Assembly: GCA_965216155.1 (NCBI GenBank)
Contig: CBDCFD010000007.1
Span: 528,526 to 592,525, forward strand
Source: Dehalococcoidia bacterium
Lineage (GTDB): Bacteria; Chloroflexota; Dehalococcoidia; Lucifugimonadales; UBA3495
DNA length: 64,000 bases
Direction: 5' to 3'
Shown here piece by piece: positions 47,026 through 57,118 of the stretch. Each line of letters starts with the position of its first letter. The first letter of the stretch is position 1. A program made the translations under genes and the position numbers. A model generated the notes under the pieces. That model was not told where the DNA came from, did not search any database, and saw only the letters and a program-made list of their open reading frames with translations.

Positions 47026-48024
47026 CTACAAGTTAATTGAGGGTTCTTCGTAATCCTTTAGCTTGTTATAGATTTGAAGCCGGTGCCGGTAGGACTCCAA
47101 AACTATGATCCGGTCGTCGGCGTCAACGTTGACAGCCACCGGTCGCCGGAACCGCCATTCAGGCTCCAGATCTGTCCGCCGCCTGGCTTTGATGATATCC
47201 GGATTGGCGTCGATGTAGGTCTGGGTCCAGGGCGAAGGCTCTTGGGCGTCACCGACCAGCGCTGTAATATATTGGCCGTCGGCGGCGTAGATCTGGACGC
47301 GGTGGTTCCCCCAGTCAGTTACGTATACATCCCCATCTGAGTCCACAGCTACACCAGATGGCCCTTTGAGAGAGCCCACCCCGGTGCTGGAGCATTCGAA
47401 CTTAACGAGCAACTCTCCAGTGGGGGCGAATTTTTGCACCCGGTTATTTCCCCAATCCGCGACGTAGATGTTGTCCTGACGGTCGATGCAGATGCCCCAT
47501 GGCATCTCCAGATCTCCGTCACCGCCACCTCGCTTCCCGAACTTGGACTGAAACTCACCGATCTGGCTGAAACTTTGCACCCGGTGATTCAAGCTGTCCA
47601 CCACCCAAATGGTTCCGCGGGAATCGAAAGCAATTCCTGACGGTCCGTTTAGCTGCCCGTCTTCGCTGCCGGACCTGCCCCAATGATAACGATAAGCACC
47701 CTCTTCATCGTATATGGTTATCCGGTTGACATACTCGTCCGAAACGAACACTCGTCCGTGACAGTCTAAATCAATTGACCGGGGCCAAACAAAGCGCCCG
47801 TCTTCCGCGCCGACGGAGCCGAACTGGCCTTGAAACTCGTGGTCAAAGTTGATCTTACTGACACGCTGACCCAATTGTTCCGCACCGCGGCTCAACACAT
47901 AAATTCGACCGTTCGATCCCAGGACGAAATCTTGGGGATCCCAAAATCCCCGGCCGGACTGACTGTACATGCCTATGCAGTAGCTGTAGTCATACACCCG
48001 GCCGGCGGCGACGGTGGTCAGCAT
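47026..48024 (-). CDS. NHL-repeat beta-propeller protein
   Basis: Six repeats of the pattern P.G(I/V)A.D..G..(Y/W)V.D..N.R(I/V)Q.(F/Y). Confidence 0.8.
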   Translation of the reverse strand: MLTTVAAGRVYDYSYCIGMYSQSGRGFWDPQDFVLGSNGRIYVLSRGAEQLGQRVSKINFDHEFQGQFGSVGAEDGRFVWPRSIDLDCHGRVFVSDEYVNRITIYDEEGAYRYHWGRSGSEDGQLNGPSGIAFDSRGTIWVVDSLNHRVQSFSQIGEFQSKFGKRGGGDGDLEMPWGICIDRQDNIYVADWGNNRVQKFAPTGELLVKFECSSTGVGSLKGPSGVAVDSDGDVYVTDWGNHRVQIYAADGQYITALVGDAQEPSPWTQTYIDANPDIIKARRRTDLEPEWRFRRPVAVNVDADDRIIVLESYRHRLQIYNKLKDYEEPSINL

Positions 48025-48060
48025 ATCCGCTCTCCCGTGAACGAAATTGGGATCATAAAG

Positions 48061-49203
48061 CTACACGAAGGACATTTGCTCGAAGTTTCCGCCGACGATA
48101 GGTACCGGGTCGAGTCCCAACCATTTGTCCGCCAAAGTGGAGTAGAAGCCACGGAAATCGTAGTTGGGCGCCAGGTCTCCCTGAGTGAGATCCCCCGGTT
48201 TCAACGACGGATAGGTCCCGTACATTCCACCATTTACCCGGTCGCCGATGGCGAACGCTACCCCAGCCGCTCCGTGGTCGGTACCGGTGCCGTTATCGCG
48301 GACGCGGCGTCCAAACTCGCTGAACAACATAATGACCACCTCGTCTGAGGCGTCGTGCTCACGCAGGTCGGCGAAGAAGTCGTGCATGGCAGCGGAAACG
48401 TCCATCCAAAGTTTGGTATGTGATCCCATCTGGTCATAATGGGTGTCGAAGGGCCCGTAGGACGTGTAAAAGACCTGGGTACCCAGGCCAGCCAGATGCA
48501 CCTGGGCCACGTCTCTGAGGCGCCTCGCGATGGGATTATTGGCGTACTCTACGTTTGAAGAATAGGTTTCGGGAGCAACCCGGATGATGTCGGCTCCTCT
48601 CAACGCATCCCGTCCTGCCTGTCCCAGATATTCCATGGTCGGTCCGGTGCCGATGGCGGGAGCGTACATGCGGGCGAAGCTGTCCAATAACTGGATCCGC
48701 TCCTGCTCGGACGCGATTCCCGGATTTGATGAGAGCACGCCGTATGTAGGAAGGTGGTTGACAGAAGTAACAGGAACCCCGCGCATGGTTAGCGCCCGGG
48801 GCAAACCCTGGCCTAAGCTCACTCCCTTTAGCACGTTCTCGCCGCCAGGATCCAAGTCCCGGATGACCTTGGCGAGCCAGCCGTTAATCCCGATGGAATC
48901 CGGCTCGCAGGTATGCCAGATGTCCATGGCACGAAAGTGCGAACGGGGTGAATTTTCAAATCCGATTCCGTGAATGATTGCCATGTTGCCCTTGTCGTAG
49001 ATATCTTTCAACGGCTCCGTATCAGACCGGAATGCCAGTTCGTCATCTATGAGCAGTAATTGGTCTTCAGCGATATGAACCTTGGGCCGGTTATCCCAAT
49101 ACAGAGGATTGCTATAAGGAACGATCGTATTGAGGTAATCGTTGGCCCCGGTAAGCTCTAATACGACCAGCACGGGGTCTTTATGGGTTGATGCCATTTT
49201 CAT
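48061..49203 (-). CDS. DUF1501 domain protein (sulfatase-like fold)
   Basis: VLELTGANDYLNTIVPY...FSEFGRRVRDNGTGTDHGAAG, typical of DUF1501. Confidence 0.85.
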   Translation of the reverse strand: MKMASTHKDPVLVVLELTGANDYLNTIVPYSNPLYWDNRPKVHIAEDQLLLIDDELAFRSDTEPLKDIYDKGNMAIIHGIGFENSPRSHFRAMDIWHTCEPDSIGINGWLAKVIRDLDPGGENVLKGVSLGQGLPRALTMRGVPVTSVNHLPTYGVLSSNPGIASEQERIQLLDSFARMYAPAIGTGPTMEYLGQAGRDALRGADIIRVAPETYSSNVEYANNPIARRLRDVAQVHLAGLGTQVFYTSYGPFDTHYDQMGSHTKLWMDVSAAMHDFFADLREHDASDEVVIMLFSEFGRRVRDNGTGTDHGAAGVAFAIGDRVNGGMYGTYPSLKPGDLTQGDLAPNYDFRGFYSTLADKWLGLDPVPIVGGNFEQMSFV

Positions 49204-49234
49204 ATCCTTCTATACATTAGTTGTAAGCGCTTGC

Positions 49235-50731
49235 CTAGGCAAACTGATAGTCTCGTGAGGCGGCGATCAGGGTCAATATCTTGCTCACATTCCGAATCGT
49301 AGCACTGAGTTCTTCATTGGTGCTCCAGGCCAGATCGCCACATTTTTCGGCATGGACCATCAATTCAGAGTGGGTCGCCTCACTGACTTCCAACGGTCCC
49401 ATCGCATCAAGACAAGCTGCCACCATCGCCTGAGGGGAAAGATTCCCTTGCACATTCACCAGCACCCGTTTAATGATAGCCTGCACGCCGGGTAGCGAGG
49501 TGTCTCCAAATATCCCCGCGGCAAAATTCACCCGGCGCATCAAAACGCCAGGGTCGATCCATTCGGAGCCTGTGTGCCAACCCTCCACGCTGGGAGGATT
49601 CAGAAGCTCCTGTCCCTGCCAACTGCACTCCAACGCCAGATTGTTGAATCCTGGCGTGAAGCCGTTATAGTTGCCCGCCATACGCACAGTGCCAACGATC
49701 AATTCAGCCGGGCTTTTAACCCGGGCGAAGCGGGCATTCTTGAAGAACTCTGAGTTGAACAATGCTCGTAAAATAGACCGGATGTCACCACCGGATTCAT
49801 TGTAGGCATCCACCAACAACTCGATGGCTTCAGGATCAATGGGTGGTGTAATGTTCCAACTGGCCACATGGGGCTCGTCGGCGACGAAGAATCTGTAGAG
49901 GTGGCGGGCCAGGAACCGGGCCGTAGCCGGCTGATCCACAATAATGTCCACGATGTCTTCGCCATTGAAGTTCCCGGTATACCCTAGGAAGGTCTTCTCC
50001 CGATCGTCGTGGTCCTCAGGTTTGTACTCGAATTGCCAGTAGAAACGGCCTAAAGGATTACGGGGAATCTTGGGCGCAATCGTCCATCCGGTAAAAGCCC
50101 TGGCTGCTTCCCTGATATCATCCTCTGAGTAGTTTCCGACTCCGAGGGAGAAAAGCTCCAACAGCTCCCGCCCCCAGTTTTCATTTATGGCACCGTCATG
50201 ATTTCCGTGGTTGTCCAACCAGAAGATCATGGCTGGTGACTTTGCAACCTCTACCAGCAGGTCACGGTAAGTGCCCAATCCGTATTCACGGAAAATGGCA
50301 ATCTGGCGAGTCAGCTCCGGTGGATTGTCCACCTTGGAGTTGCTGGTGGCGAACAACTGATGCCAGAAGAGGGCCATCTTCTCTTCCAGAGGCCGTTTGG
50401 TGTTGATCATCCGGAAAACCCAATCGGCCTGATTAATTGGCGGCGCCCCGGCCCCCTCATAACCCGGGAAGAACCGGTACAGCAGTTCGTCGTCTATGGC
50501 CGGCTGCCGCTCTGGATACAGAAGCTCCTCGACCACGGCTTCGTAGCCTTTGGAGGCACGCTCCTCTAGTTCCTCACGGGGATCACCGAATCCCGCGCGT
50601 CTCATCAAGTGGGCCATCAATCGAATGTCTTCTTGGTGGGGCATTACCACCTCTCCGTTTATCGAGCCCGAAGCACTAAGCCAGGCGCCCATTGACGATA
50701 TCTTAGGATCGGCCAAAGCGAGTGTCAACAA
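49235..50731 (-). CDS. DUF1800 domain protein
   Basis: HLMRRAGFG...ALFWHQLFATS...WLDNHGN... motifs. This is the usual upstream partner of DUF1501. The true start may be the internal ATG near 50647. Confidence 0.8.
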   Translation of the reverse strand: MLTLALADPKISSMGAWLSASGSINGEVVMPHQEDIRLMAHLMRRAGFGDPREELEERASKGYEAVVEELLYPERQPAIDDELLYRFFPGYEGAGAPPINQADWVFRMINTKRPLEEKMALFWHQLFATSNSKVDNPPELTRQIAIFREYGLGTYRDLLVEVAKSPAMIFWLDNHGNHDGAINENWGRELLELFSLGVGNYSEDDIREAARAFTGWTIAPKIPRNPLGRFYWQFEYKPEDHDDREKTFLGYTGNFNGEDIVDIIVDQPATARFLARHLYRFFVADEPHVASWNITPPIDPEAIELLVDAYNESGGDIRSILRALFNSEFFKNARFARVKSPAELIVGTVRMAGNYNGFTPGFNNLALECSWQGQELLNPPSVEGWHTGSEWIDPGVLMRRVNFAAGIFGDTSLPGVQAIIKRVLVNVQGNLSPQAMVAACLDAMGPLEVSEATHSELMVHAEKCGDLAWSTNEELSATIRNVSKILTLIAASRDYQFA

Positions 50732-50958
50732 AAGCCAGGCAACGTGATAGTTCAGGGTTTATGTATCTTTCCTGCCCCCAGCCCGTCATTCTGGGCTTGA
50801 CCCGGAATCCAGAAGCGTTTGGAACCAGCAACGGTCCGTATCATTGGCATTTCCGGAGTCCCGCCTTCGGAGACCTTCGAACGAGTGGATGGGCCGGTCA
50901 CTGGATGTGGGACCCGGGGGGTAGCCCATGTTGGCTCCGGGGGTCTCCATCCCCCCTT

Positions 50959-51614
50959 TGTCAAGGGCGGCGGGATGTTGGGCCATCAGGGCGGAGGAAA
51001 AGTGTACCACCCGGGTTGTTGACGTTCAGCGAAAAGGTCCGGGCTAACTGGCCAGCATAAATGTCCGTGACAGTTGTTGGTGGGAACGTGACGCAGACAG
51101 GTGTCCAGTACACCAGGGCAGGAGGAGGACGGTTTCTGGTGCGACCTACCCGTCGTCTTTGTTGTCTGGAACCTGGGACGCAGCGCTCTCCCTGCTTCGC
51201 TTGAGGCGGTAGCTCTCGCCGTTCATCTCCAGGATGTGGACGTGGTGGGTGAGCCGGTCCAGCAACGCTCCGATCAGCCGCTCCGAGCCGAAGACCTCGG
51301 TCCACTCGTCGAAGGGAAGGTTGGTGGTGACCATGATGGAGCCCCGTTCGTAGCGCTGGCTGAAGACCTCGAAGAGCAGTTCCGCCCCGGTGCGGGATAG
51401 TGGCACGAAGCCCAACTCGTCGCCGATCAGCAGCTTGAGCCGGGACAGTTGCCGCTGCAGGTTGAGCAGCCGCCTCTCATCCCTGGCCTCCATCAGCTCG
51501 TGCACCAGGCCGGCGGCGGTGGTGAAGCCCACCGGCATTCCCCGCTGGCAGGCGGCGAGGCCCAGCCCCTGGGCCACGTGGGTCTTGCCAGCGCCGCTGT
51601 TGCCGACGGCGATA
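50959..51614 (-). mobile_element. istB: IS21 type A, fragment 3 (terminal repeat plus 3' two-thirds of istB), truncated inside the Walker A region
   Basis: The end TGTCAAGGGCGGCGGGATGTTGGGCC is uninterrupted here. The IstB ORF 51146-51577 extends upstream to GNSGAGKTHV, and homology stops at about 51614. Confidence 0.85.
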
Positions 51615-51676
51615 GTGAAAGAACTCCACCGGCCGCGTGGACACAGAGCCCCGGAGCTGAAGAGCGCCCCGGGGGA

Positions 51677-51800
51677 TCAGCCGCCCGCCGACCTGAGGGC
51701 GGCGCACCAGGACCTCAAGACCGGCGGTCACAAACGTCACGAGCAACACGGCCCCCGTCCCGGACCGGACCACACTCACAGGAGCCGCATGGAAACTCAT
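51677..51800 (-). pseudogene. Truncated paralogue of the small membrane protein at 33266-33508
   Basis: About 88 nt (51668-51755) align with 33245-33330 (mostly identical by eye). It encodes ...GAVLLVTFVTAGLEVLVRR..., with a 1-nt difference removing the stop. Confidence 0.45.
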
Positions 51801-53039
51801 CAACGAACTACCCCTGGAGAAAAGGGCCGGAGCAGACGACAGGAAACTGTCGGAAGAACTGGATGCCGGCATCCTGGCAATCCTGGCCCCCCGCGTCCTC
51901 CGGAAAATGGGAAACAGACTCACGCCCGGGGGAAAACTGGAATGGTGGAACCAGGACGACGGGGCCAGGCCCCTGACCCTGGACTGGTACAACCCGGCTG
52001 CAGCGCCGGCGGAACTCCTTGAGGATCTGAGAAGGACGAACCCGGGAGCCCTGGCCTGGGTCTTCCACTTTGGCAGAACGCCCGAGGAAATCAGGCACCC
52101 CGAGCAGTTCATAGTGGAAGCCCGCAGGAGCATGGCCGAACACGGGATGGAAGGCAGGAACTGGAAATACGCCGCAGCCCTGCCCACGGACATTGCCTGG
52201 AGCGCCTTCGAGGGGCTGGGGCCTCGGCAGGCCGCCATGATGACGGACGGGATGGCCCGGGCCGGACACTACCCGGAAGAGAAATCGCCCAGCACTGCGC
52301 TGAGGCAGTCGTCAAGAACGGGACCATGGGGGAATGGGAACCGAGCCGGACGAGAGAGCAGAACGTCAGGACGGCAATCACCCTCTTCCTGCGGGAGGCG
52401 GAGGGGGCGGGCCGGGAAAAACTCTTTGAAATCAGACAGGACACACACGACATAATCGACTACGTCCGGAACGCTTCGAGAAGAAACGAGAGCGTGGGGG
52501 CGAAGACCTGGGGAGGACTCCGCAAGGCGTCAGAGAGATGGCACCGGGAACAGGCTGCGTTCTGGGCCGACGTGAGAAGGGCAAACCGGAAGGGCGGGAT
52601 ACTCGCGTGGAACTCCCTGCTGGGAGAGAACGAGGCCCTCGGGTTCCAACTCATACCCCTGACCGACGAGTGGCAACTCCTGGAGGAATCGGAGGAGATG
52701 GACCACTGCGTGGCGGACTACGGGCCGGGCTGCGCATCAGGACATTCCCGGATATTCAGCATCCGGCAGGACGGAAAGAGAGTGGCGGCGACGCAGATAG
52801 CCAACTGGGGCAGCGGCAGTTGGAGAGTGCAGCAGACCCGGGGCAGGAACAACGGTCCGGTGGGAGGGAAAGTCGGGCAGGCGGCGCTCAGCGCCGCCTC
52901 GGCATACACGAAACTGTGGAAACAGGAAGGAGCCGAACACAGATCCTGGACGGGGGGGAAACCCGGACCGGAACAGCACGGACCGGAACAGCACGGACCG
53001 GAACAGCACGGAGCGGAAGGGCCGGGGGAGAACGAGTGA
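51789..53039 (+). pseudogene. PcfJ-like (plasmid/conjugative-element-type) protein gene, apparently frameshifted
   Basis: C-terminal half: WNSLLGENEALGFQLIPLTDEWQLLEESEEMDHCVADYGPGCASGHSRIFSIRQDGKRVAATQI...QTRGRNN (PcfJ-type core). The N-terminal part lies in ORF 51907-52455, and an ATG at 51789 lies in yet another frame. Confidence 0.55.
52965..53009 (+). repeat. Perfect 15-nt tandem repeat x3 (GGACCGGAACAGCAC), encoding GPEQH x3
   Basis: Read directly at the 3' end of the PcfJ-like ORF. Confidence 0.9.
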
Positions 53040-53095
53040 GGAAGGAAGAACACGAGGACCGGACCGGGCAACCCCCGTCTGGGGCCAGACCGAGA

Positions 53096-53306
53096 GGGGA
53101 CCCCGCCCACGCGGGGATAGACCCCTGGACCACTTACCCGCGCCGGTGGACACCGCGGTTCCCCCGCTCCGGCGGGGATGAACCCTCGCCGCAAACGGCT
53201 CAAGGAATGGCAGATCAACAGACCCCGCAGGGCGGGGATGAACCTTTGCAGATCTGGCTCCGGCGGAGGGACTGTCCGCAGACCCCACTCCTGTGGGGAT
53301 GAATTC
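53096..53306 (+). CRISPR. Degenerate type I-E-like CRISPR mini-array: 4 repeats of 29 nt and 3 spacers of 31-32 nt
   Basis: R1 GGGGACCCCGCCCACGCGGGGATAGACCC, R2 GGTTCCCCCGCTCCGGCGGGGATGAACCC, R3 AACAGACCCCGCAGGGCGGGGATGAACCT, R4 GCAGACCCCACTCCTGTGGGGATGAATTC, starting at 53096, 53157, 53217 and 53278. Confidence 0.6.
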
Positions 53307-53736
53307 ACGGGCTGGACCCCGGTCTCCGGAACTGTGGTGCCCGATGGGTGGGGGGACGCGCATCAAGCCTGATGGCGCGTCCCAGGCCAGTGGCGTGTCA
53401 CCTGGAGCGTGACTCCAGATTGTGGTTGACTCCCGTGAAAGAGACGGCGGCACCAGGCTTGAGCGCGTAGTTGTCACTACAGACGCCGGCAATCGCCGCT
53501 GACATCAGCAGTGCGGCTGTAGTATCAGGGCCGGGGCTTGCCAGCGAGGTTGGCGATGCTCTCGTCGTTGAGGGTGGGGGCCATGTCCAGGATGCCCTTG
53601 ACAGGCTGTACGAAACGGAGCCGGATACCTGCTATCTGATTCTCCGGATGCGATGGCCGGGAGTGGAGCAGGCCCAGGCGCCTCTGCGGCAGATTGAGCT
53701 TGCGGGAGACAAGGTGGTTACCCGGGTGAAGCCGCG

Positions 53737-55665
53737 CTAGATTGACCGGGCCAGGCTGGCATCCTCGGAGTAAACAATCTGCCCGTCGGCCATGACCACC
53801 CCGTCCTCGCATTCGCACTCCAGCAGCCCGCCCTGGAACTGCTGGTGGTACAGGTCATGATACAGGCCGCCCCGGGCCACCAGTTCCCCGTGTGTCCCCT
53901 GCTCGACGATTCGCCCCCGGTCAACGGCGAAGATGACGTCGGCGGCCATGATGGTGGACAAGCGGTGTGCGATGGCGATGGTGGTCCGCCCCTCCATCAG
54001 GGGGCGCAGGGCGGCCTGGACCAGCCGTTCACTGGCGGTGTCCAGGGCCGACGTGGCCTCGTCCAGGACCAGGATCCGGGGCTGGTGGAGAATCACCCGG
54101 GCAATGGACAGCCGTTGGCGTTCCCCTCCCGATAGCCGGTAACCCCGTTCCCCCACCACGGTATCGTAGCCGTCGGTGAAGTCCATGATCCTGTCGTGGA
54201 TGTTGGCGGCCCGGGCGGCCTCGTAGACCTCATCGTCGGTGGCGTCGGGCCTGCCGTAGAGCAGGTTGTCCCTGACGCTGGCGTGGAACAGGTAGCTTTC
54301 CTGGGAAACGTAGCCGATGATGCTTGCCAGCGCCCGCTGCTTCAACCGGCGGACGTCCAGACCGTCAATCTTCACGGAACCCTCGCTGGCATCGTACAGG
54401 CGGGGGATGAGGTACGAGATGGTGGTCTTGCCGGCGCCGCTGGGACCCACGAAGGCCGCCAACTGGCCGGGCTGCACCTGGAAGCTGACCCCGTCCAGAG
54501 CGTAGCGGGGGGAGCCGGGAACCCGGTCGGCTTCCTCCCGGGGCCGCGCCGTACCGTAGTTCACCCGCACGCGGTCGAACTTGATGGAGCCGGCGATGGT
54601 CCGCGGGTTGACGTCCACCGCGTCGGGGGCGTCCACGATGTCAGGCCGGGTGTCCAGGTAACCGAAAATGCGCTCGAAGAGGGCCAGCGATGCCTGGAGT
54701 TCCACGGACACCCTCAGCAGGGTTCCGATGGGGAAGTATAGACGGGCCTGGAGGGTGGTGAAGGCCACCATGGTGCCGGGGGAGATTCCTCCTTCCCCCA
54801 GGCCGAGGAGCAGGTAACCGGCGATGACGTACACCATCACCGGGGACAGGGAGAAGAAGGCCTGCATGATGGACCAGACGGTCTGACCGGTCATCTGACG
54901 CCGGATTTCCAGGTCGGAAAGCCGCTGGTTTTCCTGATGGAACCGCTCAACCTCCTGGTCCTGCCGCCCGAAGAGCTTGGTCAGCATTATGCCGGAGACG
55001 GACAGGGTCTCCTGGGTAATGGCAGTCATCTCGGCATTGGACTCCTGCACCAGGCGGGAAACGGCCCGTCGTTTCTCCCCCACCTTCTTGCTGATAAAGG
55101 CGAAAAGGGGCACCACCCCCACGGCCACCAGGGTCAATTCCCAGGAGAGGACGGCCATGGCCACCACGGTGCTGACCAAAATCACCACGTTGGAGACCAC
55201 GTCGGTGACGGTGGTGGTGACCACGTTGCGCACCCCTCCCACGTCGTTGGCCACCCGGGACTGGACCTCCCCGGTGCGGGTGCCGGTGAAGAAGTTGAGT
55301 GACAGGCTCTGGAGATGGCGGAACAGCCGGTCCCGCAGGTCTCTCATGACCCGCTGGCCGACGCTGTTGGTGAGGTAGGTCTGGAGGATGCCGGTGCCGC
55401 TGGTGACGGCGATGACGCCCGCCATGAGGGCGGCAAGCTTCCGCAGCAGGTCGAGGTCGGGGACTCCGGAGGCGGGGAACAGGGCCCGGTCGAAAACCAC
55501 CTGGACCAACAGGGGGTTGATTACTCCCAACCCTGCGGAGAAGAGGATCAGCAGACCGACCAGAAGGACCTGGGGCAGGTAGGGCCGGAAGGATGCGGCG
55601 ATGCGTGCGAAGAGCCGGTGGGTGGACCGGACCGGGAGGGGAGTTCCGGTTGCATTCAAGGCCAT
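53737..55665 (-). CDS. ABC transporter, fused permease/ATPase (MsbA-like exporter)
   Basis: 642 aa with six TM segments. GPSGAGKTT (Walker A), LSGGERQRLSIAR (signature), ILVLDEATSALD (Walker B). Confidence 0.9.
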   Translation of the reverse strand: MALNATGTPLPVRSTHRLFARIAASFRPYLPQVLLVGLLILFSAGLGVINPLLVQVVFDRALFPASGVPDLDLLRKLAALMAGVIAVTSGTGILQTYLTNSVGQRVMRDLRDRLFRHLQSLSLNFFTGTRTGEVQSRVANDVGGVRNVVTTTVTDVVSNVVILVSTVVAMAVLSWELTLVAVGVVPLFAFISKKVGEKRRAVSRLVQESNAEMTAITQETLSVSGIMLTKLFGRQDQEVERFHQENQRLSDLEIRRQMTGQTVWSIMQAFFSLSPVMVYVIAGYLLLGLGEGGISPGTMVAFTTLQARLYFPIGTLLRVSVELQASLALFERIFGYLDTRPDIVDAPDAVDVNPRTIAGSIKFDRVRVNYGTARPREEADRVPGSPRYALDGVSFQVQPGQLAAFVGPSGAGKTTISYLIPRLYDASEGSVKIDGLDVRRLKQRALASIIGYVSQESYLFHASVRDNLLYGRPDATDDEVYEAARAANIHDRIMDFTDGYDTVVGERGYRLSGGERQRLSIARVILHQPRILVLDEATSALDTASERLVQAALRPLMEGRTTIAIAHRLSTIMAADVIFAVDRGRIVEQGTHGELVARGGLYHDLYHQQFQGGLLECECEDGVVMADGQIVYSEDASLARSI

Positions 55666-56374
55666 GAATGCATTATATCAACGAGTTCGAGGCGAGTGAG
55701 GAAGGGAGGCAGGTACACTTACAGCTTTTCACCGATGGGGGGAGTGACAACGCCCTCGGTGATTGGCTGAGGGTCTTGGGGTGGATTTTGGACCCTGGGC
55801 ACGGGGAGAGGCGTCAACAGAAGATCCCCGCCAGCGAACCAATCAGACGTCCGCGAAGTTGTTGGCGTCGAGGGCGAATTGGCGATTGGAGGAAAACTGA
55901 ATGCGGAAGCAGGGCAGCAGCTTGGAACAGTGGGGTGCAGCGTAAGTCTGGGTCGGTAGTGTGGGTGACGGGACGAGGATGATACAGTACGAGTTCGGCG
56001 CATACTATCGGGTGCGCATGGGAGGGTTTTGCCGGGGTGTCCTGGGTGTGTGGACGTTACGGCAAAGGACAACCGGCAGTTCGTGAAGTTGTCCGTGGGT
56101 GCTGCGGAGCAGGGCACAATGGAAAGACATGCACGCCGGGTCAGGCAGATGTAAAAGCGCCCACAACCACTTCGCCCGCTAGGCAAAGATTGGCTTGACT
56201 GTTGATTCGCCTTTGTCTGGGTTTAGTTTGCAAACACGTCCCAGTACCACAGCCGCAGATCCACCGGTAAGGAGGTTCCATCCGTGCGCCAGAGACGACT
56301 CGAACCCGATCAAGAAAGGGACGGCGGCATCGGGCCATAGCCGGTACTGCAACGATGAACGCCAGTTGACCGTT

Positions 56375-57106
56375 CTGGCTGTCATGTGCGACTGTGGTAC
56401 TAAGGGAACTGGGCATGCCGCTGGTGCACGACCTGCCGAGCGTAGGCCAGAACCTGCGGTACCATCCGGGAGTAAGGGTGTCTCTGCGAGTGAAAGACGG
56501 CGTTGTCCCGGACCCCAATGGCCCCTGGACCGACCTCACCCTTCGTTACACGGCTTCCGGGTCCCAGAGAACGGAATGACATCAAGACCAGCCAAGCCTA
56601 TCCTTCCGCCCCGCCCTGCGGAGTCGTTTCGGCAGATGGCGACCTTCGGATCGTCTGCTTCCTGGAGCTTCCCAAAGGGTCGGGGGAGCTGCGGCTGGAG
56701 TCGGATGACCCCCGCGTATACCCCCTGCTCGACTACCGGTACATGGAAGACCCCTGGGACCGGCAGAGGATGAGTGAGAGAGGGAGTACGTTTGTGCCTG
56801 AAGCAACTGGAGCACCCGGCGTACCAGACGTACATCGAACGGCGCATCAACCTGTTCGACGCAGACCTGAGCAGCTACGAATCGCTAGACGCCTGGATAT
56901 TGGGGAACCTGACCCCGGCGACCCACATGTCGGGCACCTGCAAGATGGGCCCGGCGTCTGACCCGATGGCGGTGATAGACCGATACTGCCGGGTGCACGG
57001 GCTGGCAGGGCTGCGGGTGGTAGAAACTTCCGTCATGCCCGAAGTGGTGAGGGCCAACGCCACGGCGATAATGATCGGCGAACGGGTCGCCGACCGGTCC
57101 AAGTAA
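56375..57106 (+). pseudogene. GMC-family oxidoreductase, C-terminal part only, with several frameshifts
   Basis: LRELGMPLVHDLPSVGQNLRYHPG; PKGSGELRLESDDPRVYPLLDYRYMEDPWDRQRM; ATHMSGTCKMGPASDPMAVIDRYCRVHGLAGLRVVETSVMPEVVRANATAIMIGERVAD. These lie in three frames. Confidence 0.75.
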
Positions 57107-57118
57107 GAGGGTTATTGT

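Noticed and set aside
52965-53009. The 15-nt x3 tandem repeat as part of the CRISPR-like array.
   Set aside because: The units are directly adjacent with no spacers, lie inside the PcfJ-like ORF (encoding GPEQH x3), and bear no similarity to the 29-nt palindromic units.
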